64,000 nt of DNA from Owenia fusiformis (GCA_903813345.2 CAIIXF020000001.1:2914001-2978000), one strand, 5' to 3'; numbered from the stretch's first letter, positions 26,045 through 39,800 are shown. A program made the numbers and translations. The notes: a model not told the origin generated them from the sequence alone.

Positions 26045-29000
26045 TCAGTGTCCCTCTAAATCACGAACGCATTCATACATTGCGTTTTCAAGGCTAAGAT
26101 ATCGAGGATCGTCCCCATCGCCCTGCATTGATATAAAGTTTGTGAGATATGCACAGCTCAGCTTGTATTTGGGATCGCACATAGCCATCTGTCCTCCGTA
26201 ACCGGGGTGACCAAAAATGAAACGATCCTGGAAAAATCAATGGATAGCTGTATGTACTAGAAATAAAAGACAAACCACCAATGCTAAATTTTAGGCGACC
26301 ATGAAAACCATTTGGAGGATTAGTAAAACAATTTGTAGGTATTGTAATATAATACGAATAAATGATCAAAACACGCGAAAATAAAAAGATTATTTGTACT
26401 TAGAATAAAATGCAATGGATGATCATAACTTATAGTGCTGCCATCTATCAAATTATCAAGACTTTATAACGATATGGAAACTTTTTGGCATTGTTGAGGT
26501 TCAAATAAATACATACTTCTCCTTTAAATGTCCTTCTAAATAATCTAAGACCCAATCCAAATACAGATTCTGATAGTATGATCTTATCTAGTCCTATACT
26601 GTGCGGTTGTGAGATTTCTTCAATCATCTTAGGAGTGAGCAATTGCCTTCCGAAGTAGTTTCCACCGTTCACTAAAATGCTATAAAATTTAGCAACTGCC
26701 CGTGCGGTCCCGAATCCATGGGAAGAAGCTGCTCGTATTGCTCGTCTGTCGGGGTGATTCGCTCGTTCAATCTGAAAATATGTTTCTTGCTTTTAATTGA
26801 GGCCATCTATCTTTGACTTCTAATGAGGTTAAAACACTTCTCGGAAACCCTGTGAATTAAGATGGAGGCCGTTACCAATGATACAGTAATAAAATATCAC
26901 AGCACATTGGAAGACGCATATTCTGGCACAGTTTTATCAGTCAAAGGAAGATGTCATTTGAATATATTTATGATTTTAAAATTCGTCAATTTTTATCTTG
27001 CGAGTGACCTTAAGCTTACTGGAGGAAATCCAAAGTCAACTGGATTCTGTCCTATTCTTGACGTATACGAAAATGGTCGGACTATTGCCGAAAAAAGAAT
27101 TTTCTGGTATTTCCAAGGGAGCCACATGTGTGAGAAATAGAACCAGATCCCACGTTCCAAAGGTACAACTCGAGCACATCTGTGGTTTTCTTCTTTCGCT
27201 AAACCAATTTGAAAATCTAGTCCTGAAAATGGATAGATTTTTCACGAATCACGGTTCATGAAACCTTTCTGGGTTTGGGGCATTACATTATTTGGTATTA
27301 CACACTATATTTATGATAAGACTGACATAGTTTCTCATGTAATAAACCTTCATTTATAATTCTTTTGTACACTGTCATCACGTTATTGTTATCTCATTGC
27401 TTACCAAATTATTGTTATGTCATTGCTTACCAAATGGCTGTGTTACCTCCTCTCGTACAATCTGATATATTCTTCGATGTTCGGGATCCACTCGTCGGAT
27501 GATCTCATCAAAGTAAAGTCCGAATGTCAAAGCATGGTAACCTTGGGCTTTCCCTAAAATATTGAAGAACATTTAAGTCATGTGTACAACCTGCAGGGTG
27601 TTAAGAATAAGAAAAAACACGAGAAACAAACTCATAAGAATCGAAAGTCAAAGCGTACCTGGTTCCCAGTTTGGTCTTTGGCTGGCAAGAGCATATTCAA
27701 CGTTGTCGGGGTTCGTCTTAATTTCTTTCAATTTAAACAACTTGTCTATCACTGCAACACCTGCCTGGCGGAGAGTGAAAACGTTTATATAAAGTTGTGA
27801 AACAACTATTTACGTGGATGTAAATACTACAAAATACAACCGCTACTTGTATTTGTATCGAAAATAATAATTTGTAATAAATTCAAATAAAAAAATATTT
27901 GTGACATCAGTCCATAACGTTATTTTTAGATTAACTGGGTATAATAATATGCTTATCTTACTGTATGAGTCGCCAGCTCCTTCACTGTAATATCTCCTTT
28001 CCCATTCTGCCCAAATTCTGGCCATATTTTTGCTATTCTGTCCTCATAGCGAAGTAGACCCCTTGAGTGTACAACGTATCAATGAATCATTAACTTCATT
28101 CATGAAATACTACAATTTAATCAGTGGCCTAACATACATGAATGGCATGTATAATTATCTATGGTTTAAAGTTTGTCCACAAACAAATACTCTAATATTG
28201 ATATATTCTTCATTGCATCTTTGCTACCTCTTTCAAAGTTAAAGTTTTCATACGTTGCAAACGAGGCACAGGCGATGACTAATTCATTGACAGAGAATTG
28301 AGAAACATGGCTCAAAGAAAGGGTGTGACCAAAAGAGAGGACGTGGCTCAAAGAAAGGACATATGGCTCGCTCGATGAACGGCCGTCGCCAAACGCCCGG
28401 GGGCCAAACGCCGATGCTATAGTTTTACCTTTCCACGAATCGAGCAACAGTTATAGCAACGAATGCCTTTGTGATGGAGAAGCACTGTGTGAGAGTATAT
28501 TCCTGCCATGGCCACCTTGCATGAATATCTGCATATCCTCCCCATATATCTACTACCTTTTTACCACGGTAATACACTGCGAAAGCTCCTCCTTTCTCAT
28601 CACCAGATTTCAGGTTTTTTCTAACAATAAAATGAAATATATTTTATGTGTATAATCAAATTATACAAAGAACTAATTGTAATACGTATTTCACTGAAGA
28701 GGTTCATTGGGTAGGTTATCTAATGCATAAAGCTAGTAATTGTCCTTACACTTCCCGAAAAGATTTACATTTTGACGTTTCGGCCTGTTCCAGTAACTGT
28801 ACTATAGATAGGGACAATGTAACAGGACAGGATAGGTGGATAAAAGAAGCAGTCTTTACTAAACTAATCAACAACATGAATAGGGACCAAGGAAATTTCC
28901 AGTTGAATAACTGTTGGGGGCCTGTGCTAAAGAGAAACCGGAAGTTAAATTAAGGTTCTGATGATGGCAACCGAAGGTGGCCGACACGTCAAAAATGTAA

Positions 29001-29448
29001 GTCTTTTCGGGTAGTGCAAGGACAATTACTAGCTTTATAAATATTACGATTCAATGTTCTGCTTCTCACTAATTTTTATGTATTATTCTTTATTTTAATA
29101 GACTAGTCTGTATAACAACTCTGGGCCATCCTAGAGTTCAATGGAATTTCTCTTCTCAGCGGAGGCAGTCAAGTCCAATCTTTAAGGATGGTTCTACTTT
29201 AGGTCTACTACAGCAGATCTATACAAATGATCGTCCTGTTTTACAAAAACAAAATGGCAAATTAAAACCGCTCACCTGAATTCCTCTGCCACTCTCTCCC
29301 AGCCCGGCGCTACACTTCCTTCTGAAGTTGCACGAATGTCATGTTTGGCAATAAAACGGAGAATAGTAGAAGAAATCGCCCAAGTGTTCAAGATAAATAA
29401 AAATATAGTCACGGTCCATCCGATAATTGCTGACATGTACGCGTCCAT
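26045..29448 (-). CDS. Serine beta-lactamase-domain protein, 8 exons, 444 aa: 29448-29276, 28620-28429, 28061-27962, 27764-27659, 27553-27431, 27222-27020, 26771-26517, 26227-26045
   Basis: All junctions GT-AG and in phase (1335 nt); N-terminal TM, VVDIWGG, catalytic FSITK (SxxK), WPEFGQNGK, GYHALTFG, FGHPGYGG. Confidence 0.92.
28727..29038 (+). mobile_element. Penelope-like retroelement relic with inverted terminal repeat and minimal hammerhead-like motif (in beta-lactamase intron 1)
   Basis: Peptide RWIKEAVF...NMNRDQG (GIY-YIG C-terminus-like); ~60-bp inverted repeat 28727-28785/28979-29038; CTGATGA-hairpin-GA(C)ACGTC at 28958-28990. Confidence 0.72.
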
Positions 29449-30149
29449 CTTTGTTGTTGTATTTACACAATAAGTTCGAAGTATATATAGAAATATAATA
29501 TTCCATGAATCATATGTCAATGGCTCTATGTACACGTATGTTTAGAACCTCCGCAGATGTTTCTATTTCTGTAAATCAGTCGGTAATTCCATGGTAACTT
29601 GAATCAGAATCAGAATGAATAAACGATGAGATGAATCAAATGTGATAACTATAATCATCATTTCAAACATCTCAAACTCAGTTCAGATAATAATATTTAT
29701 GAAGCGAACACCAAATTCCTGACACTAATGGAGGTTCTCTGATCCCATAACTGGATATAAAAGTAACAAATAAGAAAGCGCAAATATGTTTTACATTTGT
29801 TACACGACATATAAATTATGTTATATCAAAGCCGTCTGTTGACAAGCACTTGAACCTAACTTTACAAAGACCTTACACTTTGGAACTCTAAACAGAGATC
29901 GTATTTCAGTCGCGTTGAATTTATTAAATTATTATCATTTTATCAAAATGTGTGACCGATTTAGCCAATGATATCACTCAATCATATGAGGTGTGCCGTT
30001 ATATTATGATTGCTATATACTATAGTTAAATACAGGGTGGTCAAAAACCGGCAACCCTGTATTTTCCTCATAAATTTGTCACTCTAAAAGAATATCACGA
30101 TGTCTTTTTCCCTGAAATTTCTCAAACAAAATTAATCTCTTTGCCACTT

Positions 30150-31360
30150 ATCCAAAGGCATTCTGGGATGCTATGAATACGTTAGGCCCACGTCGTAATT
30201 GTGAAATCCCAATGGAGGTACTTAATGAAGATGGAACCCTAATATATGATGAAGATGAGGTATTGCAAACTTGGAGAGATTAGTTCCAAAAACTATATGA
30301 AAGTGAAAATGAGTATAATACAAAGTGATTTGAGAAACAGTGATGATTTATTAAATGATGAGGAAGTGAACAATGATGAAATCATGGAACTAAATGAAGA
30401 TATATGTTGTGATGAACTTAATCATGTTATAAAGAACATTAAAAAGGGTAAAGCAGTTGGAATTGACTATCTTCCATCTGAAGTATTTCAAAATACACTG
30501 TCTGTTAACTTATTAACTACTCTTTTTAATAAATGCATTTAGATCTTCACGTTCGTGTATGTACCATATATTTACTTTAACAACTAATAATAAGGAGTCG
30601 GAAGGATAGAGGATCCCGGACTCTCAACATTTGTTTGCTATATTGACCTGGAAAAATGTTTTGATAAAATCGATAGAACATTGCTATTTGTGAAATTGAA
30701 AAAATTGGTATTTGTGGAAAAATGTTGAAAGCCATAGAGAATATGTACAATGGAACTTAAAATGCTGTTAACATAAATGGAAAGTGGTGTACAGACATTA
30801 AAAATATTTGTTTCGAACTTGATTTATCCCATAAATTTGAAACACTGGACTATACCCGACTGGCTACAGCTAAATCAAGGCTTTTTTCAAACCACACAGA
30901 AAAATGGAAAAGGGATATTACACTTCACAAGATAAACGCATATATATTACATTCAAAAATGGACCCACAGCTGAAATTTATGTCAAGTGTCAACTAACAT
31001 TATCACAAAGTTCACTTATAGCACAACTTAAAAGTGGAATCCTACCACTAGCAATAGAGACTGTGCCATGTTTGCAATTTAAATAAAGTTGAAGATGAGA
31101 AACATTTTATATTTGAATGTAATGCCTATAAATTAGAGAAACTCTCATTTTTAACACCAGATATTGATTCATTTATAGATATATGATATATTTAAAACCA
31201 AGAGTATTGTTAAAAAATTTGCAAACTATTTGAACTGTATTTTTAATATAAGAAAGAATCACATATATAAGATTAATAATTAAATGTTTAATGTGTCTCA
31301 TAAGCCCAGTTTGGGCTGGCTATTTTGTACAAGAGGTGACACTTTAATAAAATAAATAAT
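30150..31360 (+). mobile_element. Degenerate, internally deleted non-LTR retrotransposon (LINE ORF2 fragments)
   Basis: KKGKAVGIDYLPSE, FVCYIDLEKCFDKIDR, AQLKSGILPLAIET fragments with stops; AATAAA-rich 3' end. Confidence 0.8.
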
Positions 31361-32353
31361 ATAAAATATCTAGTGCAGCTAATTTTCTGCTGTTCTTCAT
31401 GATCAGCAAATCATACATGAACATACAATAATGAAGTATTTATAAGGTTTGCTCTGTTGATCTTGAGAACGCGTTTGATTCCCTTTGCCACAAAAACATT
31501 TCTTCCACCGAACCATAGTCTCTGATCCAAGGGTATTTGGATCGTTCCATGAGCTGGGTCAGCGATGCCCAATCCTGAAGGATGGACCAAACAGTAGGAC
31601 AAATATATATCGGAATGAATGTATGAACAGAAAAGTTGTTCGATTCAAAGTCCATCTCGGTACATCAAACTTGTTGCCATTCACTTACGCTTTACGATTT
31701 ACATTTATTTAAAAGATGGCGTTCTTGATTAAGACGCTCACACTGTCAAGTTCAGCGCCTTTTGTTAGCATTTTAAAGGCGTGCGGAACTTTATAGCCAT
31801 GTTTATTTTTTATGAGTTCAGCAGTTCAAGTTACCCAGCTACAGAATGTAAGTAGCGTTTATACGACGAGCAAACATCTGCATTTAAAGTGTTTCCATTC
31901 ACAAATAGCTGCAGGTGATTTGAACTACAGCGGCGTCCCCAGTTATTATTGAAATGTACTAGGAACAGGTACATTTAATCCAAATGTTTTCAAGTTGTGA
32001 TTAAGCTTCTGGCACACGCCCATGGATGATCACAGTTGAGAAGGATATCTGAGTCGACTTGCTGAGACTGAAATAACTTGCCGGGGAGAATTAATCTAAA
32101 ACAAGCTTTTTATTAAGGTAAGCAATACCTAGGATGGCAATACACACAGTCTGAGACGACATTTTGAAAGACAAATGTACATGTACTTCATCAAAGCAAC
32201 CTTTAACACTAGACTTGGATGTTTGTGTTTTTAAATTTATTGTAATTTGAATATAATTTACATGTAGGTAGGTTGTGATACATGACATAAATAATTGATA
32301 CATCAATCAATTACCAAAATATTCTTCCAGATAATACTGGCAAAGAACAAATA

Positions 32354-33655
32354 ATGTCAGAGAAGAAGGGACAGGACGGTTGCAGGGTGAAGGTTTGGAA
32401 GCAGGACCCAAGTGTGTCCAAACTTGGTGTCAGGACATCATACATACACACTCCAGTGAAACCTGGACCCCGGGACGACAAGATTGTCGTCGCCAACAAA
32501 CCCATTAGATATTCCAATGGCGACGGTACATTTACGAAGATGAAGGGTGTGAAAACCGTTGGGAAGAATAAAAAGGGAGATTTGATGTTCAGTCCCAAGA
32601 AAGAATTAGAAAAGTTTGATGCCGTACATACTTTTGCCGTCGTAAGACAAGTTGTTACGATGTTTGAACGAGCGTTGCGTCGGATGAAAATATCTCAAAG
32701 TTTAGAGTGGCAATGGGGTAAAACACCAATTACAATCCATCCCAACGCTGGATACTGGGACAACGCATTTTACAATCGAGACTGGAAAGCTTTATGTTTC
32801 TTCTCTTTCTACCCTGGAGATGATGCTAACAAAGAAATGATTTACACATGTCGATCGTTTGATATCATTGCTCACGAGACTGGCCACGCCGTACTGGATA
32901 GTCTAAGACCCGGATGGTATGACGACGAAGCCATCGTTCAAACTGGCGCACTCCACGAATCATTTGGGGATCTCACGTGCATATTTCTTATGCTTGACCA
33001 GATGGATATATGCGAAGCGATCATTGCCGAGTCCAAAGGTAACCTTCACAAGAAATTCTTCTTTACGATCATAGGTGAACAATTCGGGAAAGGACTAGGA
33101 TACAAGCTGGGTTTGAGAAATGCAGATAATAATCTGAACCTTACTAAGGCCGGGAATGAGGTACACAGTCTCTCCAGAGTCTTCACAGGCGCTGTGTATG
33201 ATATCATGGCAGGTATGTTCTACTCTCTGAGGGAGCCAGATCTCCATAGCCAGGCCGAGACTTTGTTCAGAGTTGGCAAGCACATCTGCTCCCTCGTCAT
33301 CATGGCTGTACTGAAGTCCCCATATAATAATGCTAGCTTTAAAGATGTAGCAGAAAATATGATAAAATATGAGCAAGACGACCCATGGAAAGAAAAGATC
33401 AGGGAGGAATTTAGCAAACGTCAAGTCTTAGGGCCGAACGCTTTGAAAATGAATAAACATAATAAAGTAAAGGGGTTTGTGAAGAATTGTTGTGTTACAA
33501 TGCGCCACAGCAAAGTACCAGATAATATTGATACCGTCCCCAAACGTAAACGCAAGTCTTCGACTTCAAGAGGTGATTCCCCAAAGAGAAAAAAGAAGGA
33601 TAACAATAGCAACAAGAAAAAGAATAAAAGCAGGAAGCCGAAAAATCCGAAATAA
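32354..33655 (+). CDS. Intronless thermolysin-like (M4/M36-type gluzincin) metalloprotease, no signal peptide, basic C-terminal tail
   Basis: 433 aa; DNAFY, DIIAHETGH (HExxH), GALHESFGD (third Zn ligand), EVHSLS; KRKRK..KRKKK..KKKNK tail. Confidence 0.85.
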   Translation: MSEKKGQDGCRVKVWKQDPSVSKLGVRTSYIHTPVKPGPRDDKIVVANKPIRYSNGDGTFTKMKGVKTVGKNKKGDLMFSPKKELEKFDAVHTFAVVRQVVTMFERALRRMKISQSLEWQWGKTPITIHPNAGYWDNAFYNRDWKALCFFSFYPGDDANKEMIYTCRSFDIIAHETGHAVLDSLRPGWYDDEAIVQTGALHESFGDLTCIFLMLDQMDICEAIIAESKGNLHKKFFFTIIGEQFGKGLGYKLGLRNADNNLNLTKAGNEVHSLSRVFTGAVYDIMAGMFYSLREPDLHSQAETLFRVGKHICSLVIMAVLKSPYNNASFKDVAENMIKYEQDDPWKEKIREEFSKRQVLGPNALKMNKHNKVKGFVKNCCVTMRHSKVPDNIDTVPKRKRKSSTSRGDSPKRKKKDNNSNKKKNKSRKPKNPK

Positions 33656-33789
33656 TGTTTTATTCACGTAAAAATGACATCTATGAATGATAGCTTGCTA
33701 TTAATATAGAACGTATTTACTAGGCACGTAGTGACCGTCCTCATGGTCCAGAGGAGAGACGTCATGCTCAAATGAGGAAAATGCATATA

Positions 33790-34635
33790 TTAGTGTACTA
33801 AGAACGATTTAACGTTCAATGGCTTTTTGTCAATGTGATAATTTTCGGGACAGTCTACCCAAAGGAAGCATGGGATAACAAGAGGTACGTAAAATATGCT
33901 GTCCAGTGTTCTAGCTACGAATGTTGCCTCCCATATATTGGCACCAAGTGCATTGATGAATGGCAGTAAGAAATTAATGTATCCAAAATAGCCCGCTGGT
34001 ACACCAATGTAGAACCATAACTTGCTTCTTCCAATGCAAGAAATGATTCCAGGTTGGTTTTGCTCATCTGTATCAACTAGTTCACTTTGTACGCCATGTG
34101 CGACATTTGAGCTGCTTTCCATACGGACTGAATAAACTCCTTGAATCTCATTGGGTCCGCGATATACTCTGACGGCTGCTACATGTATGGAAACTATCAT
34201 GAACGTGGCACAGATGAAATAGTATATGAACTGGATGAGGAATCCATATTGTCCAAGTCCAAAACCAAACACCACAATGCAAAATGCTAGCATCCAAACC
34301 AACATTAGTATCCAACAGCCGAGGAACAAGATGCGTGTTATTTTCTGTTTCCCCCTAAACATCAAAAGAGTTCCGATCCGAAAATGGAACGTTGCAGCAA
34401 ACATCAGCAGCAAATTAAAAATACCAACCAGAATGTTCTTGGTCTGACTCGACATCGACGCCATATCTTGTACCATATATATAATAGATAGAGTCCCATG
34501 TGTTATAACATAAATTGTATAATTGAGACAGATACGATTATGCGGCGACTGACGAGCAATGACCAGGGCTACGCCTCCAACTGTGTTGACGATACACCAG
34601 AGAAGAAAACCAACAGATGCGTACGTCCAAGCCAT
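33790..34635 (-). CDS. Intronless multi-pass membrane protein (~6-7 TM, possibly a divergent GPCR-like protein)
   Basis: ~281-aa ORF from ATG 34635 with alternating hydrophobic segments and a long loop before the last two; no diagnostic motif recognised. Confidence 0.6.
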   Translation of the reverse strand: MAWTYASVGFLLWCIVNTVGGVALVIARQSPHNRICLNYTIYVITHGTLSIIYMVQDMASMSSQTKNILVGIFNLLLMFAATFHFRIGTLLMFRGKQKITRILFLGCWILMLVWMLAFCIVVFGFGLGQYGFLIQFIYYFICATFMIVSIHVAAVRVYRGPNEIQGVYSVRMESSSNVAHGVQSELVDTDEQNQPGIISCIGRSKLWFYIGVPAGYFGYINFLLPFINALGANIWEATFVARTLDSIFYVPLVIPCFLWVDCPENYHIDKKPLNVKSFLVH

Positions 34636-35069
34636 TGTCAATTTTGTGGTTCACTTTGGTTAACTGCTTATGATGCAGTGCCACTATTTGATAATGTCAA
34701 TGGATTTACAGAACATATATTTGACATTCTTCTTATGATATATTTTGCGATTGATAAGATAAAATAGGTTTTTATATTGTTGAGTGGACACAATATACCA
34801 ATAATTAACATAGTTTTAAAGTACTTTGTCTATTGACACTTCATCTTATCACTATTATGTTTTATATAGATGCTTTCACCTGCTCAATGAACATAAATAA
34901 TATAGGATAGTAACTACACGCTTACAAGCTGTCATGCACATATATATATTTCAGGAACTCAAGTCACGGCATCGTAGCTGATTTTGCATCAAGACATAAC
35001 AATGGCAAAATCGATCAATGTACAACATGTTTATCGAATGACAAATTATATTTAGTCTCAAGAGGCTAA

Positions 35070-35877
35070 CCCTACTATCACACCAAACTAGTTCTCACTA
35101 CGTTCTCGAAAACGGGCTTCAACTGTGTACAAACGGACTGGACCTACTAAGAACCGTTTGGGATCTATTTACAAACTTCATCGAACGTACTCGAACGGGT
35201 AGGTCCTCTAGAACTTAGACAATGCTCAAAATTTTCTCGTGGTCGTCACGTTCTACAATTAGAACGAGTGACAACGTACTAACGACGAGCTGGACGTACT
35301 ACGAACGGAACCGTCGTACTTCAATCCTACTAGGGACGTTTTAACAACGAGTTGAACTGTCTGAGGACGTGTTGAGAACGAGGTAGAACTAATTGCAAAC
35401 TGGTTTAAACTGAGTTAGAACGTGTTTAACACTGCTTATGAACGTGTTAGCAAAAATATAGCTATCACACCAAACAAGTTGCCACTGCGTTCTTCAAAAC
35501 TGGTTTTAAACTGTGTGCGAACGGAATGGTCGTAGCTGCAACTTTCTAAGGTCTATTTACGAACTTTATGATCGTTCTTAGACGGGAATGTGATTTTAGA
35601 ATTTTGAATCGATTCAAAGTTCGATGACGACCATACCGTTCTGTAATCAGGTCATGTTGACCTTCTAGACTAAGGGACGCGTTCTACTACGTTGCACACC
35701 GACGTAGTGCGACCCGGACGAACTGCGAACGAGATGGACGTATTGAAGACTGTTTAAGAACGAAGAAGCTAATTATTTCAGACATATTTCCCGACCACAG
35801 CCAGATTGAGCCCGTTTTACGACGTTTTCATAAGACTGGCAAGAACGGGTAAGAACTAGTTTGGTGTGATAGGGGGG
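35070..35877. mobile_element. 808-bp non-autonomous PIF/Harbinger-like element
   Basis: TIRs CCCTACTATCACACCAAACTAGTTCT / AGAACTAGTTTGGTGTGATAGGGGGG, TAA on both sides; internal second left-end copy at ~35462. Confidence 0.75.
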
Positions 35878-36859
35878 TAAACAGACCAATACTATTCTTA
35901 CTAGTAATAGGGACTTTAAGATTAGCGTAAGCATATACGTAAACCTATAGAGCAATGTATGTACTTATGTTTGTTACGGATACGTATAGGGAATCACTTT
36001 GTAAAATGAGTTTAAGATTAATGTAAGAGGCTACGAAAGCGCATGCAACAAATCACGATAAAAATAACATAGTAAAATTAAACAATTTAAAAAGGACTTC
36101 AAATCTACTATTTTAGTATAATTGTATCCTATACTACTGTCTCCCAATTTGAGGATTACATAATTTTAAATAATAACTCAGTCGTTCAGCATGAGTTTAA
36201 AATCATATCTAAGATTAAATTAAACCTTGTTAAATGTTGTTGAATCCCTCTAGATACTTCTATGGGGCTAATGTCCAAACTAACAACCCTTGAATCATTG
36301 AAACGAGACGAGAAGGAAGCAAAATGAGAGCCAAAGCACAAGATGTCTGTGCTTGTGCAGTGAACAAGTTAGGTTCCAGACACAACGCTGGTATTTTATA
36401 GCTTGAAAATAAAATAAAGTCGCATGTTTAATTGTGCCAAATATGACACCAACCCCATACTGAATGACTGAAGGATCAACATTTGTTTGGGCAATTACCT
36501 TGTAAATGGCTCAAATCTTCTGAAATTTCTTGGAAATAATAATGAACTCTCAGTAAACTATGGCATGTAAATTATCTCTAGATGTACATGTTCTAGTATA
36601 AGTATGGTGTCTGTACCTGTATTGCTAAGGTAAGATTTCACGTGTCAGCTCGAACGAAAGGATGTCAATATGACATCTTCATTTAAATCATTATAACTAT
36701 CACAGACCCAAATATAACTTAAAAAGGGTTCCAGACATAAGCAAGTAGTATATAGATCTAAATATTATATCATAAAGATGATTTAATAATAGCTTTCCAA
36801 ACTATTCTAGACAGCCTTACAATTTGTACAAGCCTAAGAGTACGGACAACGGAAATTGT

Positions 36860-39800
36860 TTACATGTAAAATTCAGGAATGATATATACAAATGATAAAA
36901 TTGTACAAAGAATTACAATTGCGAAGAAAATGAATAAAATTCTATCCATAACAATCGAAATATCTTGCCAGTCATTTGTCCACGTAACTTGTTGCTCTTC
37001 GCCGATATGTTTCTTTGCTATAGTTCTCATATATTTCACCAACTCAGCAAGTGCCTGTTCGCTGTACGGAGAATTGTGATCGTTATACTTGGTAGCTGCT
37101 TCGATGGCGAATGGTATTGAAGCAATGCTTAAGGTGTCCTCCATTCGATTAGTCATCGACTTCCTCTTGGACTTTGTAAGAGTGTTACCTCTGCTTGCTG
37201 ATGGGAATCCAGTGCTAAGTGTATCATCATAGGGCATTTTATGATTGAACCGGCGTCTGTATGAGTCACCTTGGTTTTTTAAGAATCTTCCGTTGTTGGG
37301 ATTCCCTTTACCTTCCTGAGATACCGCCATTGAATGTTCAATAGCTGCATTATCGGATTTAAGGTTTTCTTTGAGGTCGTCTCTGTTTTGCATCTCATTG
37401 TCATCACGGTAATTTGCAACGTTTAACTTGTCCCTTGTACCGGCCGCTTGGTTGAGGATGTTATGTTCAGGCGAAGCTTGGTACCCGTGATTGGCATTGC
37501 CGTTACACACCTTTTCCCCATGGTGTTCCTCATTTGTTTCAGCTTGTTTTTGACCTGTATGCATATTCTCTTGTGGCGGATCATCATTAGCATCATCAAT
37601 TGTAATGGTGTGTATACCAACCTCCGAATCATGACCATTTAATCCATTTACAACAACCATATCATTTCCTTTCTTAGTATCTCCAGTACCATTGTGAAGT
37701 TTTTCACCTTTCGCTGACTTCAATGGAGTAGAATATTCGTCCATTTCTTTGCCTAATGAACTGTCAGTGTCGTGGGACTTCATCTCTAGATCAACGGCGT
37801 CGGTCATCTTTTGATCTCTGTCGTTCTTGCAGGTATGGCAGACAAGGGGCCCCAACCAGTCCAGAAATATGACTCGAAGTATTTTCGGAGGAGGACGAGG
37901 ATGTTTGTAGAACACATTCAGCACAACTATTGTCGTAACAATCGAGCAAGTAGTCACACCCATCACCAGTGTCACATAAGTTCCTGTAAGTACAATTATA
38001 TCGTTTATTAATTATTTTTTATATGAACGTTACGCTGAGAACATATTTTATAACCGACATTTTATAATTTACTGTGTTTGAATGAATTTGACATTTGATA
38101 TTATCATTTACCGATCAATGGCGTGGCGTCCGATGTTTTTGGCATGTTTTCATTGAGAATGAGTAGAAATACTGAGAAACTCAGCATGACTGTAATTCCA
38201 AGACCAACTTTCTCTCCAGTTTCAGGTGGCATAAGAAAGACCATCAACGCTACCAGAGAAATCAGAATTGTTGGAACGACGATGTTCATGATATAATATT
38301 TTGGCTTTCGCTTTAGTGTGATCGAGAATGTGACGTATGGATACGGCACACCAGGGCTGCTGTCGTAATACACAGAGCCGCCAGTGGAAGATGTACCAAT
38401 AATTTCCCATTGAGCTGTTCCTTCGTATCCATCGAGGTAAACTTCACTTGTTTCGTTAATGAGAAGCACGTGGGAACCGGAAGACGTCCAGCATGCGAAT
38501 TTAATCTCACATTTCTGAGTGTCGAACGGCAGTTTGGTGATATCCATGGGGCATTGGGTTTTAAAGATACCCCCGGGACTCCATTGTACGTGTCCTTCAC
38601 TCGTGACGATGACTTGAAAATTGTTCTTCAATTTTTCGTCAACAACTTCTTCAATTCTAAAAAAGTATGATACAGATTCCGCCATAAGCTATATTCACAA
38701 TTTGTCAGGACTTGATGAAATGAAGGAAACCAATTACAAGTTGCAGGTCCATATTTTGAAGACTGCAAGCCATTCAAAAATATTGTTTCAATAATTTCGA
38801 TTTGCAGACTTAACTTTTTCTATGAATCATCTTATTTTGTCAAATAAAGTTGGCAAAGGCTATACATGAATGCCAAGATCGTTAAATTCAAGTTGTCATC
38901 CATTTTCTCAATGACATAATTGTAAAAACAATTCAATCCTTCTCACAGATAAATTCAAGTTAAGGCGTTAAGAAGGACACTTAGACTCAGATGCGAGTAG
39001 GTAGTTACCAGTTTCACCACCAGGTGGCTGATTCGGGAGAATTAACATGGCAGGATATTTCAAAATTCCCTTAAACTTGAATATGCATCAGTTTTAATGG
39101 TTCACTTTTCATATTACCTTTATGTATCTAATGTAGTTATACAAATTAAAATATGTCCAGTAAAAAAAGATTTATCTGCTCAACACAAGAAAAGATATTT
39201 CACTTTTTGTGATTTTACAACATGGGCTCTATGGGGAATCTCCCCGACCTAGAAGTCACATTTTCAAAGAAAATTAAATTTTCAGAGTTGATAAACTCTT
39301 TTCAAAACATGTAGATTCCAAATATGACATCAGTTTGACTGAATCTTGAATTTTTAATGACGTAAATCAAGATTATTTCTACCCGCATCTGGGCTATTGG
39401 GAACAGTTTATCAACATTGTATATCAACATTTTTTATATTTAATTAAACTGTTCGATTTTGGATATTTCGATGACATGTATCTTTTGGAAATTAGTATGA
39501 TATTGTCAATAATACATTCATTTTCATTCATTTAAACATTGTGTCATTGTCAAGTGGCTTGATATTCCGTTCCATACTAAAGCAAGTTTATGTTTTAGTT
39601 ATTACCCGTTGTCCAGACTGATGTCAGGTGTCCAAACAGATCGAGCTGGTAACATTATCTCTTCAAGCCCATTGTATTCAGATATATTCCATGAAAGTCG
39701 ATGATCTCTCCAGTACTAGAAAATTAACATGCAAAATTAATACTACAAAGAAATAGACTAGGCCAATTTCTACGTTTTATCACAAAATTGATATACAATG

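Noticed and set aside
30031-30125. Tc1-like end TACAGGGTG (also at ~53186)
   Set aside because: No matching opposite TIR found nearby, so no element could be delimited
31411-31712. Overlapping short ORFs as a possible exon
   Set aside because: No recognisable motif or convincing splice partners
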